Virus record (IMG/VR): IMGVR_UViG_3300034418_005550
Source of the DNA: an uncultured virus (IMG/VR IMGVR_UViG_3300034418_005550)
Taxonomy: Duplodnaviria; Heunggongvirae; Uroviricota; Caudoviricetes
DNA length: 20,000 nt
Strand: one strand, 5' to 3'
The notes under the pieces were generated by a model that was not told the origin of the DNA, searched no databases, and saw only the letters and a program-made list of their open reading frames with translations. The number at the start of each line of letters is the position of its first letter. Positions within the stretch are counted from its first letter, which is position 1. The position numbers and the translations under genes are program-made. Shown here piece by piece: positions 15,996-20,000 of this stretch.

Positions 15996-16826
15996 TTATT
16001 ATATTTTTTATAAGGTTATGGTTAGCCTTAAAAAATAGCAACCGAGTAGAGCGAGAGCTAACCCAAGTAAAATTGGTAGGTAAGAAATTAGAAATTCAAC
16101 CTTGATGAAGACTTAAACAGAGAGCTTTTGTGAGCATAAACTAGTACCTGAAAATGAAACTTGGGGAGGTAATTAGCCCACTTGTTAAGAAGTAAAGCAA
16201 GAAGTAAGAAGTAAGGTAGGCGTATTGACTACAGGATTGAGAATTTCCATTAAAAAATAATTTAAAGTAGGATTGGTATAAACTTAACTAGCCAAAAATC
16301 TAGAGTATGCTCTCACAAAAGCTCTTTGTAACTGAGTTCTTATGGATATGAGTAGTTGTTTGGCAAGTAGTTCAGGAATGTACCTGCCTTTAGTTGAAAT
16401 ACTTTAGGGCTACGCTATAAAGCATATATTGATTCGAAGCAATATGAACTACTTAAAACTTATAAACCATTTAGTAACCAATCCTGAAATACGGCATGTC
16501 GAAAAATGTTAGATAAGTAATTTAAGTAAGCAAACAGATACGCTCATATCCGTAAGGACTTAGTTAATTTGAGAGATTAAAGATATAGGTTGTGAAGGTA
16601 ACTTCTCATTTGGGAAGCTTCATCTCAGGTGGTCGTAGCGTAATGCACGAGCCATATACTGAAAGGTATATAAGCCTGAAGGAATAACTTGCAGTACAAT
16701 ATCCTTTTAGGTTAGTTGTGGAGTGTGGTGGGTTGTTAATTTAATCAAAGTGGTTTTGACAAATTACTTTGAACTTTAACTGTAAGCAAGATTGTCATTA
16801 TTTAGCCTGTATCTTTAATCTCTTAA
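15996..16826 (+). ncRNA. Large structured ncRNA, family unassigned (GOLLD/ROOL size class); may extend to 16949
   Basis: No ORF of 60 aa or more in the track. Three long closing helices with G-U pairs, multiple GNRA hairpins, inter-domain complementarities, upstream -10 box and downstream terminator. Confidence 0.85.
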
Positions 16827-16862
16827 TTTAGATTTATAACTCCCAATAGGGTAGAATAGATG

Positions 16863-16949
16863 ATATATTCACTGATAACTCCGTGATTATTATCTAACAT
16901 ACGAGAAGACTTTAAGGACTGGCAACAGTCTTTAAGGTCTTCTTTTTTT
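16863..16949 (+). ncRNA. Putative antisense sRNA, or 3' tail of the large ncRNA
   Basis: Possible -10 TAGAAT (16852-16857); hairpin UCAC/GUGA exposing anti-SD AACUCC; UUAUUAUCUAACAUAC complementary to three mRNA leaders; terminator. Confidence 0.55.
16904..16949 (+). terminator. Rho-independent terminator of the ncRNA locus
   Basis: 18-bp stem AGAAGACTTTAAGGACTG-GCAA-CAGTCTTTAAGGTCTTCT (two G-U) followed by a T-run on the plus strand. Confidence 0.9.
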
Positions 16950-17439
16950 ACATTGGTGTAGGTTTTACAATATATCTTTCTTGAGTTTTAGGTAATGGTG
17001 CTAATTTTTTAGTGATTATATTCCAATAAGTAAAAGGTAAGCCAGTTTTTGATATTCCATGCCACCTGTAGCCTAATTTTTCATAAAATTTAATACTTGG
17101 TTTATTTGCAAAAAACCTTAATAACATTACATAATTTTCTTTCATATCTTCTTCTAACATTTTCATCATTTCTGCACCAATATTTTTACCTCTATATTGT
17201 TCTAATACGAAAAAATGTCTTAAAGTACAATGTCTTGGTTCTCTTTTTGTATAAGAAATAAACATAAAACCTTTATCTTCTAAGCTAAAAACTTTAGAAC
17301 TTTCTTTATCCCATTGTTTTTCAACTCGCCAATCATACAAAGCATTTTTTAAATGACTTTTAGAACTTAAACTACCACCTTTTGTATGTTCTATTTCTTT
17401 TAATAATTTTTCCATTTCTTTTTCAGTTTTTATTATCAT
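16948..17439 (-). CDS. GNAT-family acetyltransferase
   Basis: FFVLEQYRGKNIGAEMM (motif A) and ANKPSIKFYEKLGY (motif B). Start moved to ATG 17439. Confidence 0.85.
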   Translation of the reverse strand: MIIKTEKEMEKLLKEIEHTKGGSLSSKSHLKNALYDWRVEKQWDKESSKVFSLEDKGFMFISYTKREPRHCTLRHFFVLEQYRGKNIGAEMMKMLEEDMKENYVMLLRFFANKPSIKFYEKLGYRWHGISKTGLPFTYWNIITKKLAPLPKTQERYIVKPTPM

Positions 17440-17839
17440 AGTCCCAACACTTTCTACTTGCGTTCCAATGGTGTAAGCCGTCATTAATCATTAACCATTT
17501 AGCTACTTTTGTAGCTACTATTTTATTAAATGGAGTAGTTGTTATTTTTAATTTAGGTTTTAACCAAGCCCAAGTTTTATCATTAAATTGAAATAATCCT
17601 CTATCAGTTGTACCATTTTTATTGTAATTTATAGCGTTTTCTCTGCCAGAACTTTCACAATAAATAATTAGTAAAGGTATTAAAGCTTTATCTAAACCAA
17701 ATTCATCAACTATTAATTCAATATGTTCTTCTACTGCACTAACTTTATATTGTATTTCTCTGCATTCAATATATTCATTTAAAGTATCAGGAGTTAAAAA
17801 AGGGTAAGGTATAGCACAAGCGATTATTAACTCTAACAT
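17423..17839 (-). CDS. Lytic transglycosylase (SLT/lysozyme-like)
   Basis: IIYCESSG...NKNGTTDRGLFQFN..TW...W; hydrophobic N-terminus. Confidence 0.8.
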   Translation of the reverse strand: MLELIIACAIPYPFLTPDTLNEYIECREIQYKVSAVEEHIELIVDEFGLDKALIPLLIIYCESSGRENAINYNKNGTTDRGLFQFNDKTWAWLKPKLKITTTPFNKIVATKVAKWLMINDGLHHWNASRKCWDYDNKN

Positions 17840-17851
17840 TTTTGTATTTTT

Positions 17852-17989
17852 TTAGCTTTTTGTAAGTTGCTCAATTAAATGTACGCCTTTTCTCATAGGC
17901 TCCATTGTAATATCTTCTCCACTTTTAAAAATAAATTGAGGAGTATCTCCTGTATATTCAATTGCGTGCAACTTTTTTAATTCTGCCAT
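17852..17989 (-). CDS. Small hypothetical protein (45 aa), possibly leaderless
   Basis: Manual: MAELKKLHAIEYTGDTPQFIFKSGEDITMEP...; TATACT shortly upstream and no SD. Confidence 0.5.
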   Translation of the reverse strand: MAELKKLHAIEYTGDTPQFIFKSGEDITMEPMRKGVHLIEQLTKS

Positions 17990-18020
17990 ACATATAAGTA
18001 TAGTATATTTTTAGCTATAT

Positions 18021-19199
18021 TTACAATAATTCTAAATTTGCCCAACCTTTTTCATTTATTGTAAATGTTAATACTGCAGGGTGGCTCCATAGTCCTGTTC
18101 GTTGTGTAAAGTCAATACTCTTATCTAAACTAGGTGCTTGAAACCAAGCTCTATCGCCTTGATATTTAGCTCTAAAGTGATGATAATGTCCTGTTACTAA
18201 TATTTCTGCTTGTCCGCTAGGTAAAAAGCCATACATTTGTCCTTTCCACCAATTTTCTATCTTTATTTCTGGATTAGAGCCACTATTACCTGTCATATGT
18301 CCATGAGTCCAAGCACAAGTTTTACCTTTAACTTCTAATACTTGATGAAAATTATCTGGTACTTCTACTCTTACCTTTTTATATCGTTCTTTATTTGCAT
18401 TCATTATTTCTTCACATATTTGAAAATGCATAATATCAGAATTATCTAATCTATTTGTAAATACATTACCTTTAGAACTTCTTGTCATTTCGCCGTGATT
18501 TCCTGGAATTCCTGCTAAAACTAATTTATCTGCATGAGGTAAAAATGTATCAACTGTTTTCATAATCATACTTCTTGCTAGTGCGTATTGTTCAATTAGG
18601 GATAAAGAAACATTATGAGGTTGGCTATCAAAGAAAGCAGTAGTGCAATTTTCAGTTAAATCGCCTAAACCGACCATATAAATTTCATCTATTTGAACTC
18701 CTACTTTTCTTAAATCTTTTATTCTATTTACTGCGTCTTGTAAGGCAATATCGTATCTATTTATAGTATTTTCTACTCCAAAATCTTTTTTTCCTAATTG
18801 CCAATCAGCCATAAAGAACATAAAAGCAGTATCTCCACCTAAAGTTTTTTGTTTTAATGGTGTTTTTTTAGATATATGTTTAATTAATTCTTTTGTATAT
18901 TTATCTCTTTTAGGATTTTTTCTTTGAACTATGCCTTTAAAAGCATAAAAAGTTTCAACAGTTCCACCTTTTAATTGAGCGTTCCAACTACTAGCTCTAA
19001 CTGTTCCTATTATTTCATATTCTTTAGGGTCAAAGCCCCAATTTAATAATATTTCATCATATTTATTTCTAAAATTAGGGTCAGTTCCAACATGAGTTAT
19101 TTCTCCAAGACCAGTTTCATCATTAAGTTCTAAGCCTGGTTGCCAACCTTTTTTATAAAAGTTATTGCCCCATTCTTTAGGTGTGTTCTTATTCGCCAC
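18021..19199 (-). CDS. Calcineurin-like metallophosphoesterase / putative nuclease
   Basis: Motifs ADWQLG, GLGDL, PGNHGE, WTHGH, TGHYHH. Confidence 0.85.
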   Translation of the reverse strand: MANKNTPKEWGNNFYKKGWQPGLELNDETGLGEITHVGTDPNFRNKYDEILLNWGFDPKEYEIIGTVRASSWNAQLKGGTVETFYAFKGIVQRKNPKRDKYTKELIKHISKKTPLKQKTLGGDTAFMFFMADWQLGKKDFGVENTINRYDIALQDAVNRIKDLRKVGVQIDEIYMVGLGDLTENCTTAFFDSQPHNVSLSLIEQYALARSMIMKTVDTFLPHADKLVLAGIPGNHGEMTRSSKGNVFTNRLDNSDIMHFQICEEIMNANKERYKKVRVEVPDNFHQVLEVKGKTCAWTHGHMTGNSGSNPEIKIENWWKGQMYGFLPSGQAEILVTGHYHHFRAKYQGDRAWFQAPSLDKSIDFTQRTGLWSHPAVLTFTINEKGWANLELL

Positions 19200-19303
19200 A
19201 GTAAAATATTAGTAGAAAATACGAATTTTTTTGGTATTTTTAAAAAAAATTCGAGAGAAGTAAGTATCGCGGTAGTTATTTTTTTATAAAATACTTGTTT
19301 TAG

Positions 19304-19356
19304 TTGTTATCTCTAGCCAAGAAGCATAATATATAGGTATGTTAGATAATAAGGAG
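19304..19356 (+). promoter_or_regulatory. Promoter, conserved leader and SD of the isolated plus-strand gene
   Basis: TTGTTA-17bp-TAATAT, then GTATGTTAGATAATAAGGAG. Confidence 0.65.
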
Positions 19357-19362
19357 AACAAA

Positions 19363-19659
19363 GTGAAACAAGAAAAAAACCTAAAAAAAGTTAAAGTTGT
19401 AAAGCATTGGGAGAATAGCGAAAAGCACTATGAAGATTGTGGTCAAGTAAACATTGACTTTTATGGTCCATGTAATTGCAGAAAAAGAGCTAACGAATTT
19501 TCAGGTTGGAAAATTTCTGACTTAAGCTACTGCTATAACGAAGCAACTGCAGAACTCAATGATAAAAGATTAATGACAATGACTAGAAAAGACGGTTGGA
19601 CACAATACCATTGTAACGAAGGTTGTGCAGAGAGCTATAAAAATCCTTGGAAAGGATAA
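19363..19659 (+). CDS. Cys-containing hypothetical protein in a stand-alone cassette (alternative start ATG 19339)
   Basis: In-frame GTG preceded by AAGGAG; own promoter and terminator. Confidence 0.7.
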   Translation: MKQEKNLKKVKVVKHWENSEKHYEDCGQVNIDFYGPCNCRKRANEFSGWKISDLSYCYNEATAELNDKRLMTMTRKDGWTQYHCNEGCAESYKNPWKG

Positions 19660-19665
19660 AAAGAG

Positions 19666-19688
19666 AGGGGCGAAAGCCCCTTTTTTTT
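19666..19688 (+). terminator. Rho-independent terminator
   Basis: AGGGGC-GAAA-GCCCCT followed by a T-run. Confidence 0.9.
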
Positions 19689-19708
19689 ACATTAAAATTG
19701 TTATTAAA

Positions 19709-20000
19709 TTAACCAAATATACCAATAAATGTTCTATCTGCAAGTTCTGAAGAATTAGTCCTAACTCTTAAATATCCGTCAGATAAAAAATCAAAATCAT
19801 TCAAAAAAACTAAACCATCAGCAGTATGTTGTATGTCTTGAGTTATTCCTGTAATATTTGTAAAGTTATACCAAAATGAATTGTCAATACTGAACTGTAA
19901 TTGAAACTTATTACTTGTTAAAACACTAGGCATAATTAAAGCTCTTAATTTACTACCTTGCATATCAAAGCTATTACTATTTTGGTCGTCTGTTGCAATT
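19709..20000 (-). CDS. Hypothetical protein, 5'-truncated by the window edge (possibly virion-associated)
   Basis: The frame stays open from 19963 to the window end; beta-rich composition. Confidence 0.55.
   Translation of the reverse strand, partial: IATDDQNSNSFDMQGSKLRALIMPSVLTSNKFQLQFSIDNSFWYNFTNITGITQDIQHTADGLVFLNDFDFLSDGYLRVRTNSSELADRTFIGIFG

Noticed and set aside
16186..16216. AAGAAGT short tandem repeat
   Set aside because: Three short copies in a purine-rich part of the ncRNA; too short to call an independent feature.
16834..16872. Minus-strand mini-ORF (GTG...TAA, 12 aa) behind the leader motif and GGAG
   Set aside because: No minus-strand promoter upstream (that position is the plus-strand terminator hairpin). 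Kept only as an alternative to the antisense model.
15996..16949. Group I/II intron, RNase P RNA, tmRNA, tRNA or rRNA as the identity of the large RNA
   Set aside because: No interrupted gene, no recognisable group I P7 or group II domain V, no GAGGAAAGUCC, no TTCGA-arm with a CCA acceptor end, and no rRNA signature.
17423..19199. Host assignment to low-GC marine Actinobacteria from the style of the SLT and phosphoesterase genes
   Set aside because: Impression only; there is no diagnostic marker such as whiB in the window.

Overview
AT-rich tailed-phage (Caudoviricetes, HK97/siphovirus-like) genome segment, coded almost entirely on the minus strand. In minus-strand order: a truncated ORF at the window edge, one isolated plus-strand cassette, a metallophosphoesterase, a lytic transglycosylase and a GNAT. 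Then come a ~950-nt ORF-free plus-strand interval, a complete 7-deazaguanine operon (queF-queC-queD-queE-folE), small early genes, a Rad52/Sak-like annealase and a replication initiator with internal iterons. These are followed by a ParB-fused putative DNA-modification enzyme, a HExxH protein, hypotheticals, terS, terL, portal, a Mu-F/SPP1-gp7 head protein and an HK97 prohead protease. The most striking signals: (1) a large, highly structured ncRNA (~15996-16826) with three domains closed by 18-24 bp helices whose non-canonical pairs are G-U, plus inter-domain pseudoknot complementarities; (2) a 3' segment or separate sRNA (16863-16949) antisense to the shared 5' leader/SD of three other transcription units; (3) a preQ1-I riboswitch-like pseudoknot over the queF SD; (4) a ~55-nt dispersed intergenic repeat family. 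All structure and family calls were made by eye and need computational confirmation.
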